Source: Alphaproteobacteria bacterium (GTDB lineage: Bacteria; Pseudomonadota; Alphaproteobacteria; GCA-2731375). From it: a DNA stretch of 64,000 bases. The stretch spans positions 10,478 to 74,477 of the forward strand of contig JAJFGG010000010.1 of assembly GCA_021776235.1 (NCBI GenBank), given 5' to 3'. Position numbers and translations under genes: made by a program. Numbering within the stretch: position 1 is the stretch's first letter; each line of letters begins with the position of its first letter. Below the pieces are notes generated by a model. That model ran no database searches. It was given only the letters and a program-made list of their open reading frames with translations, and was not told the DNA's origin. Of this stretch, positions 21,818 through 30,393 are shown piece by piece.

Positions 21818-22641
21818 TTCAGGAACAGCAACGTAAGGCCGATGATTTCGCCACCCTGCACGCCGGACCGGAGACCTTTGTCATCCCAAATCCCTGGGAC
21901 ATCGGCACCACGAAGATTCTGACCGGCATGGGCTTCAAGGCGCTGGCGACGACATCGGCCGGCTATGCCTTCAGCCGGGGCCACATGGACGGCGTCGTTG
22001 GCCGGGACGAGATGTTGGCCCATGCCGGCGAACTTGTAGCGGCGACCCCCCTGCCCGTATCCGCCGATCTGGAAAACGGCTATGCCGACAGCCCGGATGG
22101 GGTGGCGGAAACCATTCGCCTGGCAGCGGGCACCGGCCTGGTCGGCGCCTCGATCGAGGATTTCACCGGTGACCGGGACGCGCCGATCTACGAAATAGGT
22201 CTGGCGGTGGAACGTATCGAGGCGGCCGTGGCCGCGGCACGGGAACAGAGCTTTCCTTTTGCCCTGACCGCCCGGGCGGAAAACTTCATTCGCGGCCGGC
22301 CCGACCTGGACGATACCTTGAAACGGCTGACAGCCTTTGAAGCGGCCGGGGCCGATGTTCTCTATGCGCCGGGCCTGCGCAGTCTGGAAGATATCCGCAC
22401 GGTCTGTCAGGCGGTCAGAAAGCCGGTCAACGTGGTCATGGGTTTGACAGGCAGCGATATGACCACGGCGCAATTGGCCGAGGCCGGAGTGCGCCGCATA
22501 AGCCTGGGCGGTGCTCTGGCCCGCGCCGCCCTGGGGGCTTTCATGAAGGCGGCCAGGGAAATCCAGGCCGGCGATTATTCCTTCATCGACAACGCCGCTG
22601 CATTTGCCGATATCTCGGCCCACATGCGGGCGCAAGAATAG
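21814..22641 (+). CDS. isocitrate lyase/PEP mutase superfamily protein (second paralog, lacks the KRCGH cysteine)
   Basis: Start MIQEQQ forms an ATGA overlap with the flavoprotein stop. ICL/PEPM-like fold motifs: PNPWDIGTTKIL, SADLENGYAD, GASIEDFTG. Confidence 0.75.
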   Translation: MIQEQQRKADDFATLHAGPETFVIPNPWDIGTTKILTGMGFKALATTSAGYAFSRGHMDGVVGRDEMLAHAGELVAATPLPVSADLENGYADSPDGVAETIRLAAGTGLVGASIEDFTGDRDAPIYEIGLAVERIEAAVAAAREQSFPFALTARAENFIRGRPDLDDTLKRLTAFEAAGADVLYAPGLRSLEDIRTVCQAVRKPVNVVMGLTGSDMTTAQLAEAGVRRISLGGALARAALGAFMKAAREIQAGDYSFIDNAAAFADISAHMRAQE

Positions 22642-22699
22642 GCGCACTGTCAAGGCTGTCTTCAAGGCGCGCTGGAAATAGATAATGACGAACTGGCGG

Positions 22700-24352
22700 T
22701 TAGCCTGCCGGCCCGAAAGACTCCGTGTGGATACAGCCCGAGGCGATGCCTTGGCGCTCCAGGTCCGTTTGGAGGCCGGCCATGAAACGGGTAGGGCCGC
22801 ATAGGAAGTAGTGAGTTTCGGCGTCATCAATCAGGCTCGCCAGAAGCGTGCCGTCAACGCGTCCCTTTCTGTCATAGTCAATGCCGGCCCTATCTTCGGG
22901 ACGCGGCCTGCTATAGGCGACATGGACCAGAATGTTGGGCCGTCGCGCCGCCAGTTTGCGCACCTCATGGGCCAGCGGATGATGACCGCCATCTCGCGCG
23001 ACATGGACGAACCAGACCGGGCGATCGCTGTTTTCGGCAGCTAGAGTGTGCAGCATGCTGACCATCGGTGTCATACCGACACCAGCGCTCACCAGCGCGA
23101 CCGGACATTTGCTGCATGACAGAATGAAGGCGCCGGCCGGTTTGCGGCTATCGAGGATGGCCCCCGTCTCGACGTGATCGTGCAGGTAACGTGAGGCAAG
23201 CCCCTGTGGATCGCGTTTGACAGTTATCCGGTAACGTTTGGTGCTCGGCGCGCCGGAAAGGGAATATGTGCGGCGAACCGGTTCGGTGAAATCCGGCGCA
23301 TCAAGCTCTAGCGGCAGATGCTGCCCGGACTCAAAGGTAGGAAGCGGGCCCGCATCCCGTGCCTCAAAGACAAAAGACGTCACATCTTCGCTCTCGCGGG
23401 TCTTCTCGATCAGGCGCAGGGAGCGCACGGCTTCCGCATCCGCGTCCCAGCGCAGAGGAACCGCGGCCGGCAGCTCGACAATCGCCTCGATATCAATGTT
23501 CACCAGACGCCGGGCGCCGGGAATGCGGGCCACGGCATCCGAGTCCCAATCAATTGTTGCCCGACCCGTCAATTGGAGCAGGCTGCCCGTTTCGAAATCC
23601 ACGAAAAGCAATCCCACGCGAGGCTCAAGAACAAGATTACCGATGGTGTTGAAATGGTTGTTGCCGGCATAGTCTGGGAATACCAGGTGCGCCTCGTCAA
23701 CGACCCGAATGAAGCCCCGTTCGCCACCCCTGTGCGAGGCATCCATGCCAAATGTCGCGTCTTCACCTTGATGGCGGTAGCCACTTGCAATGAAGAAGGT
23801 ATCGGCGGATTCAATCCAGGCCCGCTGCGAGGGCGTCAGGTGCGCGTTTCTCACAGGGCTTCCAGCCTGTTCGCCTTCGACCCGTCGCCAGGCGCGCTCG
23901 CGAATATACTGCGGGCAGTTGCCGAAGCTCTGTACCACGCCGCAGACGATGCCGCCGGCAGCGGGACTATCCAGAATGCGGCCGTTCATCCGGTTGCGCC
24001 GGCGGGTTGAGAGTTCGATCCCGAGGATGCCGATGTCAGCGCCCGGCACGAAAGCCTCTTCCAGGGCATCGCCCGTGACCGGCGTGCCGTCGATAACAAG
24101 GGATTTCGGGTCCGGTGAGGTCACAAAGGCTTCCGGCCCTGTCAGCAAGGTCGCCCACGGCCGCCCCGTCCCGTCACGGGCAGCGACAATCAGGTATGGC
24201 AACGCGGTATGAAAGGCACGGTGTTCGTCGGGAAGGTGGCTGCGCACCACCTTGCGGGCCCAGGCCTCGATGTCGCGGACACCAAGGCGTTCCTGAACCT
24301 GCCGTTCACCTGGATGAAACGGCGAACTGTCTTGGTTCCCAGCCCCGGACAT
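22700..24352 (-). CDS. fusion oxidoreductase: pyridoxamine-5'-phosphate-oxidase-like FMN-binding domain + ferredoxin-NADP-reductase-like FAD/NAD(P)-binding domains
   Basis: The N-terminal ~250 aa are PNPOx-like. The C-terminal part carries the FNR FAD motif RRTYSLSG and the NAD(P) motif GVGMTPMVSML. No 2Fe-2S cysteine cluster is present. Confidence 0.7.
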   Translation of the reverse strand: MSGAGNQDSSPFHPGERQVQERLGVRDIEAWARKVVRSHLPDEHRAFHTALPYLIVAARDGTGRPWATLLTGPEAFVTSPDPKSLVIDGTPVTGDALEEAFVPGADIGILGIELSTRRRNRMNGRILDSPAAGGIVCGVVQSFGNCPQYIRERAWRRVEGEQAGSPVRNAHLTPSQRAWIESADTFFIASGYRHQGEDATFGMDASHRGGERGFIRVVDEAHLVFPDYAGNNHFNTIGNLVLEPRVGLLFVDFETGSLLQLTGRATIDWDSDAVARIPGARRLVNIDIEAIVELPAAVPLRWDADAEAVRSLRLIEKTRESEDVTSFVFEARDAGPLPTFESGQHLPLELDAPDFTEPVRRTYSLSGAPSTKRYRITVKRDPQGLASRYLHDHVETGAILDSRKPAGAFILSCSKCPVALVSAGVGMTPMVSMLHTLAAENSDRPVWFVHVARDGGHHPLAHEVRKLAARRPNILVHVAYSRPRPEDRAGIDYDRKGRVDGTLLASLIDDAETHYFLCGPTRFMAGLQTDLERQGIASGCIHTESFGPAG

Positions 24353-24465
24353 TGATTGGTCTCCCCACCAGCTTCCCGGCGGAACGCAGAAGCCAGCACT
24401 GCATCTGCACCGCCTTGCTCCCCCGCCCTTTCATTTGCAGCATTGACAAAGTCTAGGCACCGCAA

Positions 24466-24768
24466 TTGCTGAAGTCCATGCATGCCAGCTATGGCCGTTT
24501 CATCTCTGAACGCTATCGCAACAGTTCCCTGGACGCGACGGTACCGGCAAACATTCGGCACGACATCACCGGCGCCTTCGGTCCGCGCCGCGTTCGACGA
24601 ACCGCACTGGTCAAAGGGGACCTTGCGGCGGGACGTCTTTTCGCGCCGTTGGATATATCCTTGCCGATCGAGGCAGCCTACTATGTGGTCGCGCCAGAAC
24701 AGACTGCGGATCTACCAAAGATCAAGGCGTTCCGGGAATGGCTGATTACAACCCTCGCAACAACGTAA
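24466..24768 (+). pseudogene. remnant of a LysR-family (GcvA-like) regulator: only the C-terminal ~70 aa of the effector domain
   Basis: TALVKGDLAAGRLFAPLDISLPIEAAYYVVAPEQTADLPKIKAFREWL matches the C-terminal consensus of GcvA-type LysR regulators. There is no HTH or N-terminal domain. Only 114 bp separate it from the divergent oxidoreductase gene. Confidence 0.6.
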
Positions 24769-24796
24769 TACGAGGCCGCCCTGACAGGATATAGCC

Positions 24797-25159
24797 ATGC
24801 CGTCGACACAAATTGGGCTTAAACGCGTTTACGAAACGGCTTCCACTGATGACGGATTACGACTGCTTGTCGAACGCCTTTGGCCACGTGGACTTACCAA
24901 GGCCGACGCCGCGATCGACCACTGGGTAAAGGATATTGCTCCAACCCCTACGCTGCGCACCTGGTATGGACACCGCCCGGAACGTTGGCAAGAGTTCCGC
25001 GCGCGCTATCGCCTGGAACTGGACGAAAACCAGGCAGCAATTAAGTCCCTGCGGGAATTGTGTGCGGGACAACAGGTAACATTCGTCTTTGCAGCCAAAG
25101 ATGTACTTCGCAATGGGGCCGTCGTGCTCAAGGAATATATTGACGAGAAAGGCGGTTGA
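24797..25159 (+). CDS. DUF488 (YeaO-like) family protein
   Basis: 120 aa. KRVYETASTDDGLRLLVERLWPRGLTKADAAIDHWVKDIAPTPTLRTWYGH is the conserved DUF488 core. Confidence 0.8.
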   Translation: MPSTQIGLKRVYETASTDDGLRLLVERLWPRGLTKADAAIDHWVKDIAPTPTLRTWYGHRPERWQEFRARYRLELDENQAAIKSLRELCAGQQVTFVFAAKDVLRNGAVVLKEYIDEKGG

Positions 25160-25303
25160 GGCTTGGCCATTGCCGACGGATGAGCCTTTTCCCTATCGAT
25201 CCGATAAATCGCCAACGGCCAACATCATTGATACTGACAATCATTATCAATAGCATTCGAATTTGCGCATCGGCACATGATGGGCCACATGGGGAGACGA
25301 CGC

Positions 25304-26695
25304 ATGGCGGAACGATTTGACGCGATCATCATTGGCACGGGTCAAGCGGGACCATCGCTGGCGCAACGGATGACCGGCGAAGGCATGAAAGTGGCAATTA
25401 TCGAGCGCAAACTGTTTGGCGGCACCTGTGTCAACGTTGGCTGTATACCGACCAAGACCCTGGTCGCCAGCGCGCGTGCCGCCTACATGGCGCGGCGGGG
25501 CGGCGACTTCGGTGTCGTTATTGATGGCGACATCAAGGTCGACATGAAGGCGGTCAAGGCCCGCAAGGACAGTGTGGTTCTGCAATCGAACCAGGGCGTC
25601 ACGAACTGGCTGAAGAATATGGATAACCTGAGCGTTTTTGAGGGCCACGGCCGTCTGGAAAGCGCCAATGCCGTCAGCGTGGACAGTGAAGCTGGCAGCG
25701 AACGGCTGGAAGCCGATAAGATCATCCTCAATGTCGGCGGCCGCGCCCTGGTGCCTGAAATGCCGGGCCTCGACGACATCGGCTATTACACCAACGCCAA
25801 TATAATGGACGTGGATTTTCTGCCCGAGCACCTGGTGATCATAGGTGGCAGTTACATCGGTCTGGAGTTCGCCCAGATGTACCGCCGCTTCGGCAGCCGC
25901 GTCACCGTCGTACAAAAGGGCGACCGGTTGATCCCACGCGATGATCCGGAGATTGGCGAAGCCGTCAGGGACATTCTCGAGAACGAAGGTATAGATATCA
26001 GATTGCAGGCGGAATGCGTTGGCTTCGCGAAGCGTGGCGGGCAGGTGGTGGTCAGTGCCAGCTGTGCGCCGGGCGATGAAGAGATTGTCGGCTCGCATGT
26101 GCTGCTGGCGGTGGGGCGTATCCCCAACACGGACGACCTGGGGCTGGCCGCGGCGGGCGTTGCAACCAACAGCCGCGGCTTTATCACGGTTGATGATCAA
26201 CTGGCCACCAACGTGCCGGGCATCTGGGCAATTGGCGATGCCAATGGCCGGGGCGCCTTTACCCATACCTCCTACAATGACTACGAAATACTCGCTGCCA
26301 ATATGTTCGACAATGATCCCAGGCGCGTTTCAGACCGCATTACGGCATACGGACTATTTATTGATCCGCCATTGGGCCGGGTTGGCATGACGGAGGCGGA
26401 GGTGCGCGCCTCCGGACGGCCGGCGTTGGTGGGAAAGATGATGATGACGCGTGTCGGCCGGGCCCGCGAACGCAGCGAGACCCAGGGTTTCATGCAAATC
26501 TTCATCGATGCCGAAAGCCATAAAATTCTGGGCGCGGCGATCCTCGGCATCGGTGGCGACGAGATCATCCACGCGTTGCTGGATGTTATGTACGCGGACG
26601 CGCCCTATACGGTGATACAACGCGCCATGCACATCCATCCCACTGTCACGGAATTAATCCCAACCATGCTGGGTGACCTGAAGCCGTTGGAATAG
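25304..26695 (+). CDS. class-I pyridine nucleotide-disulfide oxidoreductase (FAD, redox-active CVNVGC)
   Basis: Start MAERFDAIIIG has a GGGGAG RBS. Motifs GTGQAGPSLA and GGTCVNVGCIPTK give the redox-active disulfide. C-terminal dimerisation-domain His in HIHPT. Confidence 0.85.
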   Translation: MAERFDAIIIGTGQAGPSLAQRMTGEGMKVAIIERKLFGGTCVNVGCIPTKTLVASARAAYMARRGGDFGVVIDGDIKVDMKAVKARKDSVVLQSNQGVTNWLKNMDNLSVFEGHGRLESANAVSVDSEAGSERLEADKIILNVGGRALVPEMPGLDDIGYYTNANIMDVDFLPEHLVIIGGSYIGLEFAQMYRRFGSRVTVVQKGDRLIPRDDPEIGEAVRDILENEGIDIRLQAECVGFAKRGGQVVVSASCAPGDEEIVGSHVLLAVGRIPNTDDLGLAAAGVATNSRGFITVDDQLATNVPGIWAIGDANGRGAFTHTSYNDYEILAANMFDNDPRRVSDRITAYGLFIDPPLGRVGMTEAEVRASGRPALVGKMMMTRVGRARERSETQGFMQIFIDAESHKILGAAILGIGGDEIIHALLDVMYADAPYTVIQRAMHIHPTVTELIPTMLGDLKPLE

Positions 26696-26757
26696 ACGGT
26701 ATCGGAGACAAAAGGCGCCCTATACAGCGCTGAATTGACCAAATTGGGGATCCATCA

Positions 26758-27798
26758 GTGAATTCCTTGACACTTATCCTGGCGGCCGGGTTGGCCGCCG
26801 CTGTCGGTTTCGCCGCACACCGGGCCAGTCTTTGCTCGGTCCGTGCGGTCGAGGAAATCCTGACCACCCGACGGGCCTTTATGCTCGCCGGATTTATCAA
26901 GTCAGCGTTGTGGGTCGTTGCTGTTACGCTGTTTGCGGCCTGGGCATTTGCCGATAATTTTGTGCCGGCAAGTATCTGGCGGCTATCCGTTCTTTCCGTC
27001 GCCGGTGGCGCCATATTCGGCGTTGGCGCCGCCCTGAACGGCGGCTGCGCCTTCTCCACGTTGACGCGGTTTGGCAGCGGCGATGCCGGTATGGTGATGA
27101 CATTGGCCGGATTTGTCGCCGGCGCGGGTATATATGATCTTCTTGCCGCCAAAGGCCTCGCGGCGCCGCCTGTCGAGACCACGGCATTCCTGACAACACC
27201 AGCGACCTGGCGCATACCTATTACGCTGGCGCTCGTCACCTGGATGGCCTGGGAGATGGTGAAACTGCGCCGCCGCACCGATGGCCAAAGCTGGCGCCAA
27301 CGCATGCTCGCCTCCCGCTATCGTTTGTCTACGGCGGCCGTACTCATGGGTATCAGCAGTGGGCTCTTGTATGTCCTGATCGGCGTGTGGCCGTATACCC
27401 GCCTGTTCAGCCAGACAGCGCGACATATCGCCACCGGTGCACCGACCCCGCCGGCTATTCTCTGGCTGCTGTTCGCGGCCCTGCTTGGCGGCATCATATT
27501 GTCCGCCTGGCAGGGCCGCCGCTTCAGCGGGCAATGGCGCCCGCGGCCAAAGTGGATCAGATATGCCATCGGCGGCATCGTAATGGGCTTGGGCGCAGCC
27601 ATGGTACCAGGCGGGAACGACGTGCTGATACTGCATGCCATACCGTCGCTATCGCCGCATGCGGTACCGGCATTTCTAGCGATGCTTTTTGGTATCGCAG
27701 GGTCGTTGGCAGTGATGCGGGCGTTTGGCAGACAGATCCCGCGAATTGATTGTGGCGGTGACCTTTGTACCGCTGACGCAGACAGACCGGAGCCGTGA
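26758..27798 (+). CDS. YeeE/YedE-like (sulfur-transport family) inner-membrane protein
   Basis: 346 aa. Two-repeat polytopic membrane protein. Conserved Cys in RASLCS and LNGGCAFS. Family assignment made from memory of the YeeE/YedE pattern. Confidence 0.5.
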   Translation: MNSLTLILAAGLAAAVGFAAHRASLCSVRAVEEILTTRRAFMLAGFIKSALWVVAVTLFAAWAFADNFVPASIWRLSVLSVAGGAIFGVGAALNGGCAFSTLTRFGSGDAGMVMTLAGFVAGAGIYDLLAAKGLAAPPVETTAFLTTPATWRIPITLALVTWMAWEMVKLRRRTDGQSWRQRMLASRYRLSTAAVLMGISSGLLYVLIGVWPYTRLFSQTARHIATGAPTPPAILWLLFAALLGGIILSAWQGRRFSGQWRPRPKWIRYAIGGIVMGLGAAMVPGGNDVLILHAIPSLSPHAVPAFLAMLFGIAGSLAVMRAFGRQIPRIDCGGDLCTADADRPEP

Positions 27799-27886
27799 TT
27801 GTCATCGCCGCCGATACCCATAGGCCACGATATTGCCGCTTTTGCCGGCTCTAATTCTTTCCGCAACAGACGCAATTGAGAGAATG

Positions 27887-28672
27887 CTACCGCTCCATCG
27901 ATACTTTCGACGGTGGTAGGCCCATCACTTTACCGAAGGCAGCCGAGAAGGCGCTGGCGCTTCGGTAGCCATGCTGTTGCGCAACGCGAGAAATGGGTTC
28001 GCCCTGTGATAGCGCCTCAAGGGCGTTGTGGAAACGGATACGCTGGCGCCATCGATTAAAACTTATCCCCAGATCGCGCTCGAACAACCGGGCCAGCGTC
28101 CGTGTAGAGGCACCGGCAACCTCGGACCAGGCGTCCAGCGTCCGACGGTCCGAAGGATCGGCAAGCAGTTCGGCGCATAACCGTTGCAACCTTGCATCCT
28201 TGGGCAGTGGGATGTTCAGCGATAATTCGCGGGCCCGGCCAATCTCCTGTTCGATCATTTGCGCTATGAGGCCGCCCCGGCTGTCAGGTTCATACACGAC
28301 CGGCTCTTCGCTCAGGGCCAGGATCAATTCCCGCAGCAGATTGGAGACCGCGACAACAGTCAACGCGCGGGGCCGGCCATGGGTTGCCTTTGCATCGATA
28401 TACAACGTGCGCATATGGACCGCGCCATGCATGCTGACCGCGTGATAGGTTCCGGCGGGAATGTAAACGGCGCTGTCCCGGGGCACGATCCAAGCTTCCT
28501 GTTCGGTTCGCAACCGCATGATCCCGTCCGTCGCATAGAGCAGTTGATCGCGCTGGTGTTCATGAAGTGGAATGACAAACCCGTCGGCAAAGCTTTTGGA
28601 CATCATCCCAATTGCCTGGGGTAAATCCTGATAATCCCGTGGGTCCGTACTGCGAGTTTTCTGGGCAGTCAT
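27887..28672 (-). CDS. AraC-family transcriptional regulator with N-terminal cupin domain
   Basis: Start MTAQK is preceded by AGGAA. Cupin region VIPLHEHQRDQLLYATDG. C-terminal AraC HTH TRTLARLFERDLGISFNRWRQRIRFHNA and YRSASAFSAAF. Confidence 0.8.
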   Translation of the reverse strand: MTAQKTRSTDPRDYQDLPQAIGMMSKSFADGFVIPLHEHQRDQLLYATDGIMRLRTEQEAWIVPRDSAVYIPAGTYHAVSMHGAVHMRTLYIDAKATHGRPRALTVVAVSNLLRELILALSEEPVVYEPDSRGGLIAQMIEQEIGRARELSLNIPLPKDARLQRLCAELLADPSDRRTLDAWSEVAGASTRTLARLFERDLGISFNRWRQRIRFHNALEALSQGEPISRVAQQHGYRSASAFSAAFGKVMGLPPSKVSMER

Positions 28673-28830
28673 GATTCCTGCATCTTCAATGGAACGGATT
28701 TTGGCATAAACACGACGAAATTTGGCATGACATCGCATTTCCGCCAAGTGTAAATTGACATGATCGACCAATATGCGTGCCTTACGCGATTCTCCGGGAG
28801 GTGCGCGCCCATATAGGGGACTGCACGCTC

Positions 28831-30093
28831 ATGGAACGGGAACGGTTGTATTTCTTTATGCTGAACATTGGCCATTTCCTTGACCATTTGTTCACATTGG
28901 TTTTCGCGACGGTCGCCGCTTTGGTGCTGTATCGGGAATGGGGGATCGGCTATGCGGAGCTTCTGGCCTATGCAACGCCCGGATTTTTCGCCTTTGGTGT
29001 CTTCTCTTTGCCGGCAGGTTGGCTCGCCGACAAATGGAGCCGTGACGGTATGATGTGTGTGTTTTTCGTTGGCATTGGCCTTACGTCTATCGCCACCGGC
29101 TTTACCGAGACACCCTTGCAGATTGGCATTGGTTTGTTCGTGATCGGCATGTTTGCGGCCATATACCACCCCGTAGGTCTCGCCATCGTCACCACGAAAT
29201 GGCGCAACACCGGCATGCGGATCGCGGCAAACGGCGTGTGGGGTAATCTGGGGGTTGCCAGCGCCGCGCTCGTTGCCGGCTACCTGATTGACAATGGCGG
29301 TTGGCGCATGGCGTTTATTCTTCCGGGCATCTTCTCGATTGCCATGGGATTCGCTTACATGACCCTGCGCTGGAATAATATTCAGGCAGAGCGAAGAGCG
29401 ACGAAAGCGGCGGAAACCAAGGTCAAGGTAAGAGCGTCGCCGTCCTACCGGACAATGTTGATACGCGTATCGGCGATTGTGTTTTTGACGACCGCCGTGT
29501 CCTCGGTGATCTTTCAAGCGACAACATTCGCCTTGCCGAAAATTTTCGACGAACGTCTGCAGGGCCTTGCGACAGAACTGTCCGGGTTGACCGACCTCGT
29601 CGCCGGCGCGGGCCAGGGAGATGTGGCGACGGTAATCGGGACGCTGGCATTCATCGTATTCGCGGTGGCCTCAATCGCTCAGCTGGTGGTTGGCAGCATG
29701 CTCGACCGCTTCGGACCACGGCACGTCTTCATGGTTGTGGCGATCATCCAGCTGATCTTTTTCTCGGCGATGCCGGGTTTGACCGACGGGATCGCGCTCG
29801 CGGTGGCACTGGGCTTCATGCTCGGCGCCTTTGGCCAAATTCCCATCAACGATTACATGATCGGCAAGACCGCCAGCGGCGCCTACCGGGCGCGCATTTA
29901 TGGCGTTCGCTATGTCGTAAGTTTCACGGTTTTGGCAGTCGCCTTGCCGTTGATCGCATTCGTCTATCAAAATTGGGGCTTCGACACCCTGTTCCGCATC
30001 CTTGCCGGTGCCGCCGTGGTTATACTCATTGCCGTGACGATACTACCCAGACGGTTACCAAGCCCCGAAGCCGCGCCGGTCGCTGCAGAGTAG
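28831..30093 (+). CDS. MFS transporter
   Basis: Start MERERLYFF. 12-TM-like hydrophobic profile. MFS-like loop LADKWSRDGMM. Divergent from the AraC gene. Confidence 0.75.
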   Translation: MERERLYFFMLNIGHFLDHLFTLVFATVAALVLYREWGIGYAELLAYATPGFFAFGVFSLPAGWLADKWSRDGMMCVFFVGIGLTSIATGFTETPLQIGIGLFVIGMFAAIYHPVGLAIVTTKWRNTGMRIAANGVWGNLGVASAALVAGYLIDNGGWRMAFILPGIFSIAMGFAYMTLRWNNIQAERRATKAAETKVKVRASPSYRTMLIRVSAIVFLTTAVSSVIFQATTFALPKIFDERLQGLATELSGLTDLVAGAGQGDVATVIGTLAFIVFAVASIAQLVVGSMLDRFGPRHVFMVVAIIQLIFFSAMPGLTDGIALAVALGFMLGAFGQIPINDYMIGKTASGAYRARIYGVRYVVSFTVLAVALPLIAFVYQNWGFDTLFRILAGAAVVILIAVTILPRRLPSPEAAPVAAE

Positions 30094-30393
30094 AAATCAG
30101 CTGGCCACCTCTTAAAGATATAGTGCACATTTGTTACTTTTATCCGATAATGTAGGCAATCGTTAACAATCCATTGTCGGGCGAATGATTATGCGGGCTC
30201 TGCTCATAGAAATCGTTGCCGCCATTGTGAATCGCATCGATAGGATGCGGCATAACAATGGTTCCAAGCGCTGCAGCACCGCAGGTTTCGTAGGGTCTGC
30301 CCGTCAGAAAATCGTCGAAACATATCAACCATCGCCCGGCATCAGATAAGCGGCCGGGCCGATGCCAAGTCCTCTGCAATTGATAGCCATTCA

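Noticed and set aside
26646-27305. 219-aa and 217-aa minus-strand ORFs inside the YeeE/YedE-like gene
   Set aside because: Antisense shadow ORFs with Arg/Ala-rich low-complexity translation. The plus-strand gene has the coherent membrane-protein profile.
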